DNA from: Guillardia theta CCMP2712 | Taxonomy: Eukaryota > Protista > Cryptophyta | Assembly: GCF_000315625.1 (NCBI RefSeq) | Contig: NW_005434654.1 | Coordinates: 680,632-744,631, forward strand | Length of the DNA stretch: 64,000 bases | Direction: 5' to 3' | Shown: piece after piece, positions 37,222 to 48,316 of the stretch | Layout: every line of letters starts with the position of its first letter | How positions within the stretch are numbered: the stretch's first letter is position 1 | Made by a program: the position numbers and the translations under genes | Notes under the pieces: model-generated | The model's database searches: none | Seen by the model: the letters and a program-made list of their open reading frames with translations, nothing else | Told to the model about the DNA's origin: nothing

Positions 37222-37985
37222 CAACGGTCACGTCCGCCATCAAGCCCTCGTACTGCTCGGACCCTCGATCGCGGATTCCAGGGATGTGGATATCGCCCTT
37301 CATCTTGCGGCCATGAGGATGGGAGGGTACCTGCCGTCGAGAACGAGGATCCCCCACTGTATCGATGACGCTCTGAAGACCAGCTTCGTTCAGCATCGAC
37401 CGAATCGTACGAGTAAGGTTGTCATGCGCCGTGGGAACTTCGGAAGCTTGGAGGATCGGCGTTGGCAGGTCTGGAGATGATGTGCAGCAACGGAGGGATC
37501 GAGCTCGCGCTGACATCCATCACATTCCGTCGGACACTGGCAGATCGGCATGCCACTGATGGAGATAGCAGTCGAGCATCTGAGCATAGCGGTGCGGGAA
37601 GGCCTTGAGGGGGTAGTAGCTCGAGACTCGCATCGGAGAGTGGCTCAGGAGTCCGATCACCGTGGCACGCTCAGGAAAATGAGCGAAGATGGTCAGCCTG
37701 TGAGACTGCAAGACCCTATCCTGCGACTTGAGCGAGTGTGTCCTGCGGCTACACGACGGTAGAGGATCGCTCCAGCATTATGAACGAAGTCGTGCGCCTC
37801 AACGAAGAAGGTCGCCAGAGGATGCTTCTGGGCACGGAGAGATCTCGAGCAGTGAACGTCCAGGCTATGAGGAGGGGGCAGGGTCCGTGACATGGGCTGG
37901 TCAGAGTACCAAGCCTGAAGCGAGGAAGCGAGCGATAGCCGTATAGTAAACAGCGGGGTGTAGACCCTCAGAGGGCGTGAACTTT
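37222..37985 (-). mobile_element. Dispersed CRE-like fragment (copy C)
   Basis: Nearly identical to 29752-30380, with the same deletion and insertions, and extends to match 25188-25320. Confidence 0.92.
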
Positions 37986-39021
37986 CACTCGTCCTCCTGG
38001 GCAGACTGGGCCCGGACCGCCGGACTGCGGCCCCCCCGGCCCCCCCGACCGTGACAGGCTTGGCGAGGCAACCCAGCTTTAAGTGAAAATACTGGTACTA
38101 AAAGTATTGTCCTCGTACTGATTTTTAACTTAACTTTGAGAAAAGTATTGGAGGCCGCAACGGCCCCGTCCCTTGTCATGTGACTCCCCCGGCCGACTGA
38201 GTCTCTGGCCCTCGAGACGGGGTAGGGTGGGCTAAGCAGGAGGGGTGGAGGTGACTACCTACCCGTGGTGAAAGACTTTTTTATCCACTCTTAGAAGGGG
38301 TTATGAGTGTCCACAGGGGTAGTAGGGGTGTGAGTGTGGGGTTTCCGAGTAAAAAGGAGGCACACGAAGGGGGTAGGGTAGGGCTGAGGGTCAAACGAAA
38401 AGAAGAGGCGCTTTTATTTGAACATGATATTCAAATGTTCCGAGTTATTTTGAACCTGGATATAAGATTAGTTTCCATTTTAATAACATATGTATACAGT
38501 ACCCACCCCGTATATCACCCCCACCTATCTTTTACAAAAGAAATGGACCGGTATTTTTTGATTCTGCAGGCGAAACCCTACCCTCACATCCCAATACTCC
38601 TCCAGTGCTTATGGACCCCTACTTTCATCACATTTTGTGTTGGCGAACGTGAGGTGGGTGGCGATTTGTGGTCTGAAAATGGACTACTCGCTATTTGGGG
38701 TATCTGCATTCATAAATTTCAAAATGATAATCTAAATAATAAACATTAGGCCATGTTATTGAAAGATTTAATAGAAAATTGAAAACTGGAGAACCCTTGG
38801 TGGAATAAAACCTCCAACAAACGAGCACCTCGGCATCTCTGGCAACAAGCAGCAAGGCAAGCAAGGAAGAGATCAGCCGCTCCTCTGAGCTCCTCCTCTT
38901 CTATGCTCTGAGCTCCTCCTCTTCTATGCTCTGAGCTCCTCCTCTTCTATGCTCCCTGCTGATTGAAATCAATTTCTCTCTGCTTGGTCCACATTGCTCA
39001 AAGAAAAGATTTTTTGTTGAA

Positions 39022-39753
39022 ATGGTTGGTGCTGATGCAGAACCTTGCTCACATTTGGTCGAGTTGCAAGAATTCATGGCTTCAGATGCTGCACGCCAAG
39101 AACGATTGGTTGCTGTCATCGCTGTTATGCTGCAAGAAACAGTGAATGCAACTCAAAGTCTGTGTCGCCCCACAAAGCTCTCTTCGTTTGATGGGCCCAA
39201 GCCTCATTTGTCTGCGAGTTCTTACGTCAAAAGAATCATGAAATACAGTGACGCCAGCCCATGTTGCCTTGTGGTTGGCGCCATCTACCTTGAACGCTTG
39301 AAGAAACGAGACGACATGGTGGCTCTCACTGTCTACAACTTTCAAAGGTTGTTCCTTGTTGCCGTCATGCTCGCGTCGAAGTTTCTCGACGACGCCTACG
39401 CTTCCAACAGGATCTGGGCTGAGATCGGCGGTCTCATGGTGGAAGAGCTCAATCACCTCGAGCTTGAGTTTCTCTATAGGATCGCCTTCTCGCTTTCCAT
39501 CAGCCGTGAGGAGTACGACTGGTACGCCGAAGAGCTTCATCGAAGAGCAGACTTGCAGGAGCGCGAATGTCCTGAGAACCCAGCAAGCGCCACACGCGAG
39601 GAGCTCAACTCCAGCCTAGACCATGATCTTGATGTTGTCACCCGACAGTTTGCTGAGCTTGAGTCGCAACTTTCAAGAAACAGCACACCGACGTCTAAGG
39701 CGTGTTGGATTGCTGGGCAGGAGAGCGAGAAAGTCTCGCTCGCATCTTATTAG
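39022..39753 (+). CDS. P/U-type (Pho80-like) cyclin
   Basis: SSFDG..P.LS..SYVKRIMKYSDASPCCLVVGAIYLERL; NFQRLFLVAVMLASKFLDDAYASNRIWAEIGG; ELNHLELEFL. Confidence 0.92.
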   Translation: MVGADAEPCSHLVELQEFMASDAARQERLVAVIAVMLQETVNATQSLCRPTKLSSFDGPKPHLSASSYVKRIMKYSDASPCCLVVGAIYLERLKKRDDMVALTVYNFQRLFLVAVMLASKFLDDAYASNRIWAEIGGLMVEELNHLELEFLYRIAFSLSISREEYDWYAEELHRRADLQERECPENPASATREELNSSLDHDLDVVTRQFAELESQLSRNSTPTSKACWIAGQESEKVSLASY

Positions 39754-39770
39754 TTCAACGCATGTAAATG

Positions 39771-42692
39771 TTAAGGTAAAGACTCTAACGAAGCGCCCGC
39801 GCCTTCCCTCCAACTCCTTCCCCCCTCACAAGGCAACAGAGCTCGCACGAACTCGGGCGAGCATGCGATGCTATCCACCGCAGCTGTTGCTTGTAAGCTT
39901 TGAGCAAGGTACATCGCCTCGCCAATGGCTTGAAAGCGCGGCTGTTGCTTTCCCATTGTTCCTGCCACACAAGACCCAACGGCTATGCCAATGCGACAGG
40001 AGATGCGCTGGCCGGCCTTGCGGCTCTCGACGTCGACGACGGAGAGCATGGTTTCAGCAAGAGCCATCATCATGTGGCAGACCAGCCGTTCTTGCGACTC
40101 CTCAAGCCAACCAGCGCAGATGTACTCGTCACCAATAGTGTCGAGCTTGAAAATGCGTCGCTCAGGAACAGCTTCGTCGAGCTTCGAGTAGATTTGATGG
40201 ATCAGCGTCGCCACTTGCAGGGGCTCCAGCCTCGCTGCTATACTCGTGTAGTCGCAGAGGTCCAGTCTGAGGACAACGGCCTTCCTGTAGGTTGACGAGA
40301 CTTCGCCAGTGTCTGCCGCCTCTCTGATCACATCCCGTGGGAACAAGTCATTCAAGACGCGGTAGACAGCACGGTACTCCATCTTATGCCGCTGAAGGGA
40401 GCACCACTGCCTCCTCTGCGTCGATTGGCTCTCCTTGAGGATCCTATGGCTGAAGTAGGCGACGGCAAAGAGAATAAGGAAGATGCCCTTGTTGGCTTGA
40501 GGCCAGAGCAAGAGAGTAATCACAAGCTGGACGGGGAAGGTGAAGAGGAGGAAGCGGCGATGCCAGGCTACAGGCATGTCGGTCTGTTGCAAATTGATCC
40601 ACGAGAACATAGGGCCAAAGATAACGAACAAGCCCGTCGCTCGCGTCCAACGCACGCACAGTAGCATGACAACGTGGTGAAGGGCATGGGCTGCTAGGTA
40701 GGAAAGCTGCCACTTGCTCAAGGAGGTGACAGCCTGCTGAATGCCCTGCACTCGAGCCCGCCCCATTCGTAGAGCAAGCAAGGCAAAGCGTCCTCCATAC
40801 AGGCAGAGAGCGATGAAGACAGCGCATATGATTGTCTGCGCCATCCGCACTTGAGTTTGGAGCTCATGTGCCACGGGAGATGCAATAGAAAAGAAGGTGA
40901 GCTGCGTCGTGTTGTAAAATACAACGAAGGTCATCACCATGTACGAGAGGCTCCCGAAGAACAATCGCTGTGTGGAGATGATGTACCTGCTCATCTGAAA
41001 CTTGCACTCAACGTCTCTCTCTGCAAAAACAACATTGGACGAGCAGATGTCATACTTGGAGGACACCGTGGAAAAGCGATGCTCGCCGTCCAGCCAGGCC
41101 ATGATTGGGTCGATTTTTACGCTCGCCTTAGGAGACTGCAAGAGCTTGACGTACGGCTGGGAGAATCGCCGCATGCTTAAAGATTGCGCACCGATCTCTC
41201 TGGCGTTGCTCTGAGCTCGTTGGCAAGTGCTGGGAATGAGGAGGAAAGTTTTCATCATTCCTTTCCCTTTGACGTGAATTTCCTCTCTTTCAACCACGTT
41301 CACATCGCTGGACCTGCTGACTGTGAGCATGCTGTGAAACTCTGAGGTGCAAAGGATGCTGCCGGGCTGTGAGTGTGAGCACATGCGGGCACTGGTGTTG
41401 ACCGCATCCCCAAACAAGCAGTAAAAACGCCTTGTCTTCCCCACGATAGCTCCAGCTAGAGGTCCACACGCAATACCCACCTTTGCCCACAAGGCCTCGC
41501 CTTCAAGACTCTTGCACTTGCTGGCCTCGGCGATAAGAGCCTTGGCGATAAGAACGGCTTCCCTCACGCATCGCTCTTTGTATTGCTCGAGATGCTCTGG
41601 GACGTGGAAAGGATGAGAAGTGCGGGGGCAGCAGATGACGTAGGTGTCGTTGATGTGATGGTACTTGAAGAAGCCGAAGCCGTCAACGATGCTGTCGAAG
41701 GCCGTGTAAATCTCGTCGATGAGCTTGAACGTCTCCAGGGCACGGGAGCTGGCGAAGGCTGTGGCAGACGGGGAGAGACTAACGAACAAGACGATGCAGA
41801 ACTCCATCTTGGCAGCGATCAACGTGTCTGTCTCCTGTCCCTTCAGTCGCTGGTGTAAGGACTTGGGGATGAGGGTTGCGAGGAGGTCGGAGGTCTTGCA
41901 GGTGAGGGTCTCTACGTCTCTCTCCCTCGCGTGCTCCCTCCTCGCTGCCTCGCGCTTGTAGCCGCACACAAACACACTCGAGATGGTAAGCGTAAGATGA
42001 AGAACGACCGCAGACAGCCACGAGCGCAGACCGACGCCGGTCACCAAGCCTGCAGCTGCCAGGCACAGCACCTGTGTCAGAGCGATGACGAGGCACGTCC
42101 GTCCGCTCACTCCCGCAGCATACGGGAAGAGATAGCCCAGCACTGCGTAGACTGTGAATGTCTCTGGGGTCGTTAACTTGGAAATGCAGCCTGCATCTTC
42201 GCAGCTGTACTCCGTGCAGAAATTCTGCATGGTGGAAAGAGGATCTGAATCAACGCAGTGCCAGTGCCAGGGGATGCCATGGCGGTAATCGATGGTCATG
42301 TTGACATGGGGGGACATGTAATTCAAACTCCTCGACCGGCGAATGTCCGCGATAACTCGTCTAACGACCTCAAGCTCGAAGAGGATGGTGATGAGAGTGA
42401 AGAAAAATATCTCCTTGTTGATAAGCCTGGAGAGCCTGCGGTATGGCGCTAGAAGATGGTAGATCCCTCCTCCTAAGATGCTGATGACTGACGAGCTTAA
42501 GAACAAGAGCCCATGCAGACACCTCCACTGCACGTCCCCCCCACACAGGTCTCCGATCAGGATCCTCGTGCCATAGATAAGAAACAAGACGCTCATGGAC
42601 ATCAGCAGTTTTTTCATCGTGCTGCGGTGAGCCATGAAGTATTGTACATCAAAGTCTTGAGTTTGAGCTGAGTGATCGACCTCTTCCGGCAT
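39771..42692 (-). CDS. Intronless membrane class III nucleotide cyclase with two TM blocks and two cyclase domains
   Basis: TM-C-TM-C layout; VGIACGPLAGAIVGKTRRFYCLFGDAVNTSARM; LDLCDYT..FKLDTIGDEY..RIGIAVG. Confidence 0.92.
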   Translation of the reverse strand: MPEEVDHSAQTQDFDVQYFMAHRSTMKKLLMSMSVLFLIYGTRILIGDLCGGDVQWRCLHGLLFLSSSVISILGGGIYHLLAPYRRLSRLINKEIFFFTLITILFELEVVRRVIADIRRSRSLNYMSPHVNMTIDYRHGIPWHWHCVDSDPLSTMQNFCTEYSCEDAGCISKLTTPETFTVYAVLGYLFPYAAGVSGRTCLVIALTQVLCLAAAGLVTGVGLRSWLSAVVLHLTLTISSVFVCGYKREAARREHARERDVETLTCKTSDLLATLIPKSLHQRLKGQETDTLIAAKMEFCIVLFVSLSPSATAFASSRALETFKLIDEIYTAFDSIVDGFGFFKYHHINDTYVICCPRTSHPFHVPEHLEQYKERCVREAVLIAKALIAEASKCKSLEGEALWAKVGIACGPLAGAIVGKTRRFYCLFGDAVNTSARMCSHSQPGSILCTSEFHSMLTVSRSSDVNVVEREEIHVKGKGMMKTFLLIPSTCQRAQSNAREIGAQSLSMRRFSQPYVKLLQSPKASVKIDPIMAWLDGEHRFSTVSSKYDICSSNVVFAERDVECKFQMSRYIISTQRLFFGSLSYMVMTFVVFYNTTQLTFFSIASPVAHELQTQVRMAQTIICAVFIALCLYGGRFALLALRMGRARVQGIQQAVTSLSKWQLSYLAAHALHHVVMLLCVRWTRATGLFVIFGPMFSWINLQQTDMPVAWHRRFLLFTFPVQLVITLLLWPQANKGIFLILFAVAYFSHRILKESQSTQRRQWCSLQRHKMEYRAVYRVLNDLFPRDVIREAADTGEVSSTYRKAVVLRLDLCDYTSIAARLEPLQVATLIHQIYSKLDEAVPERRIFKLDTIGDEYICAGWLEESQERLVCHMMMALAETMLSVVDVESRKAGQRISCRIGIAVGSCVAGTMGKQQPRFQAIGEAMYLAQSLQATAAVDSIACSPEFVRALLPCEGGRSWREGAGASLESLP

Positions 42693-42999
42693 CTCCTACT
42701 GTCGGGCGGGTCGTTCAAGGCAGAGGCCTCAGGTGAGGGCGAGAGTCGTCACAGAGCATGCAAGCTGAAGCTACATAGCGTCTGATCCTCCTTCCCCTCA
42801 ACTTCGTCTTCTCTCACGCTGCTCACGCCCTCCTTCCACTACCCCTTGGCCCCCGCATGACCACAGGATGACAGACGGGATCAGGTACATTATAGGACAT
42901 CCCTTTTACTTATCGCAGATATGGTACAAACTTCAAGCCCGCCCAGGTTGGTGGGAGGCTGGGTTGAAGAGCGCATTTGAGGGAGGAGGAGCGACAAGA

Positions 43000-43682
43000 A
43001 TGCTGGGAAGCGCTCGAAGATCGCTGCTTGCCGGTGTCGCCGTCTTCAACCTTGTGGCCCCCTTGAATGCATACTCCAGCAGCTTCGTGCAGATTTCGGG
43101 CGGCTTCTCGAGGTTTCTTCTCTCAAGACGAGATGCTCTGCGCGCTTGTCGACAAGTTTCGCCATGCGGTGCCCCACAAAATGTTGTCGAGCAGGGCGTA
43201 AGCTTTTTTGTTTGTGCAGTGAATATATGGCGAGCATGCGCTGTCTCTGCATGTGATGATGGGGCTGGAGGAGATGAAAGGAGCAGCAAGGCTCTCGCTG
43301 GAAGTGTTTATGCCATTACAGGGTGACCACTGGGGTGACCGCGCCGAGCTCACTCATAGCACCTTCAGGAATTTCAGGCAAAGACGGGAGGAAACGATCA
43401 AGCAGATGGAAACTCTCGGGTGCCAGTTGAGCCCGACGGTTCACAAGCGAGTAGAGTTTGTACTGTGCGATGACGACGCCTTGACTTCAGAGACAAAACA
43501 TGTAAGCACAGAAAAAGAGGCGTTTTTTAACGACCCTTCAGGTCAGGAAAGCAGCCAAGTACAAGATCCCTCTCGTCTCAATCCAGTATGTGGAGGAGTG
43601 TGTTCAATTGGGGAAGAAGCTTCGCCCAGAGGATTTCGACAAGACAAGGAGGATTTCTGGTCTGCAACTAGAACAGGAATGA
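43000..43682 (+). CDS. Small BRCT-domain protein with N-terminal signal/transit-like presequence (multi-exon)
   Basis: REETIKQMETLGCQLSPTVHKRVEFVLC..KH/VRKAAKYKIPLVSIQYVEECV after removing intron 43502-43541. Confidence 0.7.
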
Positions 43683-43845
43683 AAGGGATGGGAATGACAG
43701 TGAATCAAAGACATTCCGTGGAACTTCTTGTTTTCCACTAATCTGTCTCGTGCATAGTGAAAGAAATCAGCTTCTTGGGGAGATAACCGAAAAAAAAGCT
43801 TTCTATTCAACACCCAATAATAATTGTATTGACTATGAAATCCTT

Positions 43846-45177
43846 TCAGTTTTCACGCCTGAAGAGATGCTTTGCCAAGGATGCATGAAAAAGCTTTTCT
43901 TCAAGGTCATGATCAAGTCCAGTGATTGTTTCCTTTAGTCTCTGCTCAAGCTTGTTCTCCGGCACTTGAGAGTTATCCTCCGCGATTGATTGTATCAGAT
44001 TCGTTCCCATGTCTGCTTGCTTGCGAGAGTCGGTCGCTACAGAGGCGGGTGGTTTCATACTCCGCTGGAGATCATGTAGACCTGCATCCAACTGCTGCCT
44101 CATGGATTTTTCAAGTTTGATTCGTGACATAGAATGGCCGTCCTTCACTTGGAGCGCCGTTCCATCCTTCAGATTACCAAACAACAAAGCAGTTGGCTGA
44201 TAATTTTTTGCATCCAACTGCACAGGGTGGTTTGCTTCCCAATGCTTGGCTGTGTCCCATTTGGCCGTCATCAATTCCTCCTTGCTCAAAGCCGCAGACT
44301 CTTCTTGCTTAAACATGCTTGCTTCTTTTTCATTCAGCTTCTTCAGAAACGATTCTGCAAAATTTCCTTGAAGTGTTGAAGTATGGTGTGCTTCCATGGG
44401 TTTACTCGTGTGGGCATTACTCCACATTTTCTTCAGATCTCGTTCTGCTTTTCGATTCAGCAGATCTTTCATTCGCTCCTTGATGGACAGCGGATTCATC
44501 TTATGTGCAGGCATTTGTACACTTGCACGCGCTGCCATCATGGTGGCCTGAATTGCCTTCTTGCTGGCACCCTTTGAGGGAGAGCTTGCTGCCTTGCTTT
44601 TGTGCTCTTGCGACTTGTGAGGTCTGCCATGCAGAATGGCTTCAGCAAGACGAATTTTGTCGCTCAAATCCACTGTTGAACGACCCATATGTGATTTACT
44701 GACTGTCTTCATCTTGCTTGTGTGAGCAGGGGCCTCGACAAAATGACTCTTGTGAAGCATCGAAGGCGATTGATTTATGACGTCGGCAACTTTGATTTGT
44801 TGTTGCAGTTTCGGATTGATCGCCAGAGACGAAAGCTTATGCTTACCATGTTGCAGTGATGTTGCTATAGCATCTTCCTCTCCGTGATTGAAGCGAAATC
44901 CTGCCTTTCTTAGTGCATTTGCGTACAGATGCCCCTCGTCAACTTCACTGTCTTGCATGAGAGTCCTCTTGATGATTCGCTTGAGAGTAGAGCCATCGCC
45001 ATGCGTCTGAGAGATCAAAGTGTTGCTGGTACGATATTTCATGAAAACTATCGTAGCGATCATCGAACAAGCCATCATCCCAATCCCCATGCCTATCGCA
45101 GTTCGGCGAGCCATACCCGACACCATTTCCCCCTGACTCTTCACACGATGGTGGATCCTCATCCCCACTATGTCCAC
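43846..45177 (-). CDS. Hypothetical type II membrane-anchored protein
   Basis: 443-codon ORF with a single N-terminal hydrophobic helix and a basic/coiled-coil remainder. Confidence 0.7.
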   Translation of the reverse strand: MDIVGMRIHHRVKSQGEMVSGMARRTAIGMGIGMMACSMIATIVFMKYRTSNTLISQTHGDGSTLKRIIKRTLMQDSEVDEGHLYANALRKAGFRFNHGEEDAIATSLQHGKHKLSSLAINPKLQQQIKVADVINQSPSMLHKSHFVEAPAHTSKMKTVSKSHMGRSTVDLSDKIRLAEAILHGRPHKSQEHKSKAASSPSKGASKKAIQATMMAARASVQMPAHKMNPLSIKERMKDLLNRKAERDLKKMWSNAHTSKPMEAHHTSTLQGNFAESFLKKLNEKEASMFKQEESAALSKEELMTAKWDTAKHWEANHPVQLDAKNYQPTALLFGNLKDGTALQVKDGHSMSRIKLEKSMRQQLDAGLHDLQRSMKPPASVATDSRKQADMGTNLIQSIAEDNSQVPENKLEQRLKETITGLDHDLEEKLFHASLAKHLFRREN

Positions 45178-46869
45178 AGCCAGGCGTTACAGACCAGTTG
45201 CAGACTGGTTGCAGAGCAACACGATCGTTCCAAGAACGTTACAAGAACGTTACTGGCTTCCAGGAAACAAATTTACTACACGGACTTCAGTTTTAAAACG
45301 AATAGGGTTTTAAAATCCACTTTTAAAAACTTTTTGCGACCCCGACTGCCTGTTGACCCCAGTTGCAGCCATGGGTGGTACCCCTCAACTTTTTGTTTAC
45401 CTCGATGTACGAGGATGATACTCAAAAATTGGAATTTTTGAGGTAGGGGTGGACACCCAAGGGATGTTGTCGAAATGAAACTAGCCTGTTGACCCACAAC
45501 GTCGACTCCGTGCCGCGTGAAGTTTTTTTTTTTAAATCAAAATCTTTTTAGAGCCGAACAATATACATTACACTGAGGTACAATTGTTATAAGCTTGGTA
45601 TAATTTGGTAGGATTTTCTATCTCGATTGTTTTTTGCTGGTACTAACATGTGGCAAAACGTGATTTGCCGTAGTAACCTTCAACCCGCTGCCTCCAACGA
45701 AGAAGGGTGGGGTATTATCTTGTGACATAGGGTGGGGTAGTAGATTTTGACCCAACCCCATTAGATACCACATTAGCACCCCTCTAAAAGACCCATATTA
45801 GCACCCATCCGAGACATCAAGTTCAGCAAAGGATTTGTTCTTTCGGGGGGCAGGGTAGGGTAGTGTAAGTGAGATGGTAGGTCATGGGTCCACGAGAGGC
45901 CGATACAATTTCACAGGGGGTGGGGTACATTGTGGTAGGAGATCGAGCTGTGAGGAGGGTCGGGGGCACTAGTAGCCCAAACCAGACAAGGAGGGTAGGG
46001 TTGTCTCATTCAAGGGGGAGCAACAGGGTAGGTAGGGAAAGGACACCAAATCGATCGGTGGCAGGGTGGGTATAATGACCTATGAATATCCTTGGGGTGG
46101 TGACAGTCCCATACGAATCGCTAGCAGATAGCCAGGAGTGATAGGACTCTTCACCTTAGGAGAATGTCCTGTTTGAGATTACGGTAGGAAGGGTAGGGGT
46201 ACATGGTGACCAGGGGGTAGTGCCAGTAGGGTAGGATAGGGTGGGGTTGAAAGAATCAAACCGAGCAAAACTGAAACATCTCGTAGAGATAGGAAGGAGA
46301 GCACAAGCTTTGCTTGAAGTGCTTGCACACAATCGAGTAGGTTTTCACTCTGCTGTGTGTGTGAGAGTGAGTGAGTGAGTGAGAGAGAGAGAGCTATTGA
46401 ATTTTTGATCCTGTCTGTGGAAATCTCATCGTGAAAAGAAGCTCTTCAGAAAGAAGTTTACTAAATTTCAACCGACTGTTGAATAAGTTGTGCCGAAGCT
46501 CGTGATTGTTATCAGGTTTCGAGAAGCGACAAAGAAGTGAAAAATATTGCAGTCACTGTACCAACATTATTTGCGGAAGTTTGATTCTCTACAAAGCCAT
46601 TTCTGAATTGATCAATAGTGAGCAAACCGGTATCAAGCGTGGCGGTCAGAAGGTTGGATCAGCGAGAACTTTTTGGACTGTGGTGATAAGCTGGATGCGA
46701 TAGTGGTGTCTACTACATTCTTTGACGCCAATCTTAGTGAAGTGAAGTAATCCTTGAACATCAGTTCTCTTCTGAAATGACTCAAGTTATGATGCCAATG
46801 CAATTAAGTGGATCCATTCTGCCAGCCCCAACAAATTTTCAACAATTTCAATCCCAATGCATCGCGGGG

Positions 46870-48127
46870 ATGATGATCAACGAAGTTCAGAGGAGCGTGA
46901 AATTGAACTCCCAAGGCGACTTGTTGCATACCGTTTTTCAAGATCTGGAAACAAGGTTAATATTTTTGCTTGATTTTGGCGATGTTGTCTTATTTTCTGC
47001 CCAGGTTCATCATTAATTGTCCCTCCGAAGATGATTCTAACCAAGAGCTCATGCTCTTGATGTTTGAAGTTGAAAAGGCGCACTGGTACTATGTGGATTT
47101 TTGGAGGAAACAACATCCACATCTTCCTGCTTACAGTTTGAAAGAGTTTGGTGGGCATCTCTTTCGCCACTCTATGCTCCTTCAAGCATTCAGTCCAAAT
47201 TATGATTCAATCTACAGCGAATGGCTTGTTTACAAACGAGCAGTTCCCACGTTTGGAGCATGTATTCTAAATCAAGACTGTACAAAAATTCTTCTGGTGA
47301 GAGGTTGGAATTCCAAGACATGGGGTTGGCCCAAGGGCAAGGTAAACAAAAGTGAACAAGATGCGATTTGTGCTGCTCGGGAAGTAATGGAGGAGATCGG
47401 TTTTGATATTCTGCCCTTCATCAACGAGAAAGACACTATACATGCTAGCTTGCGAGAGCACCACATGAAGCTATATGTGATTTCTGGGATTTCAGAATCA
47501 ACTGTCTTTGAAACAAGGACTAGGCAAGAGATTTCCGAGATTGCATGGCATCCCCTTAACGAGATTGGGCAAGATCGGGACTCAAACAAATGCAAATATT
47601 ACAGTGTCGCTCCCGTCCTTGCACAGCTCAGATCATGGATTGCCCAGCAGAAACGATCTCTGTCACGCAGCAAGACACCAGTGCGTTTTGTGAAAGATGA
47701 ATCCAAGTCTCAGAGTCGTCGATCCACCACTCCCAGTAAGTCAGATGCGAAGGCGAAAAAGAACAAGGGGGTTGCAGGTGATTTCCACGAAGTTGACGCC
47801 GCGGGTGTTGTTCGTAACAATGCTGCCACATTTGGAACCTTCTCAGGGGAATCAAAGGGTTTCTCAGCCGAAGAGATGTTCCGTGTCAACGAAGAAAACT
47901 TCGGAATAACCACGACATATTCTTTCGAACAGTACACGACTGCTCTCCCTGGACAACAGTCGACCACGATTGAAAATCCGTCCGAACCAAAGTTGTATGC
48001 AGAACGATTTCGCCAATGCAATGTTTGTGATGGAGTCCAATCGACCAAGTCCGAGGCCACAACTGGGAGCAGCTTTCTTGGCTTCAAATTTGATGTGGAC
48101 GAAATCATGGGCACTTTGCCCATGTAA
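46870..48127 (+). CDS. DCP2: mRNA decapping enzyme (Box A + Nudix); intron near 46955-47003; in-frame upstream ATG at 46777 is possible
   Basis: DLETR/FIINCP..FEVEKAHWYYVDF; YKRAVPTFGACILN; WGWPKGKVNKSE..CAAREVMEEIGFD; FETRTRQEISEIAW. Confidence 0.95.
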
Positions 48128-48316
48128 CTTGCAACATGGTGAAGCGAAGGGTTAGCCGACAGCCCTTGCCTAGATCCGGTATATGATAGGTGATAGGCTC
48201 AACTACTGATCGGGATGTGGTGTGTACACTTTCACCCACATCTGACTGCGTTGGAATGTCTCTCACTGAGAGATCTGGGTTCGATTCCCAGACGGTCTAT
48301 TTTCAACAAACGATAA

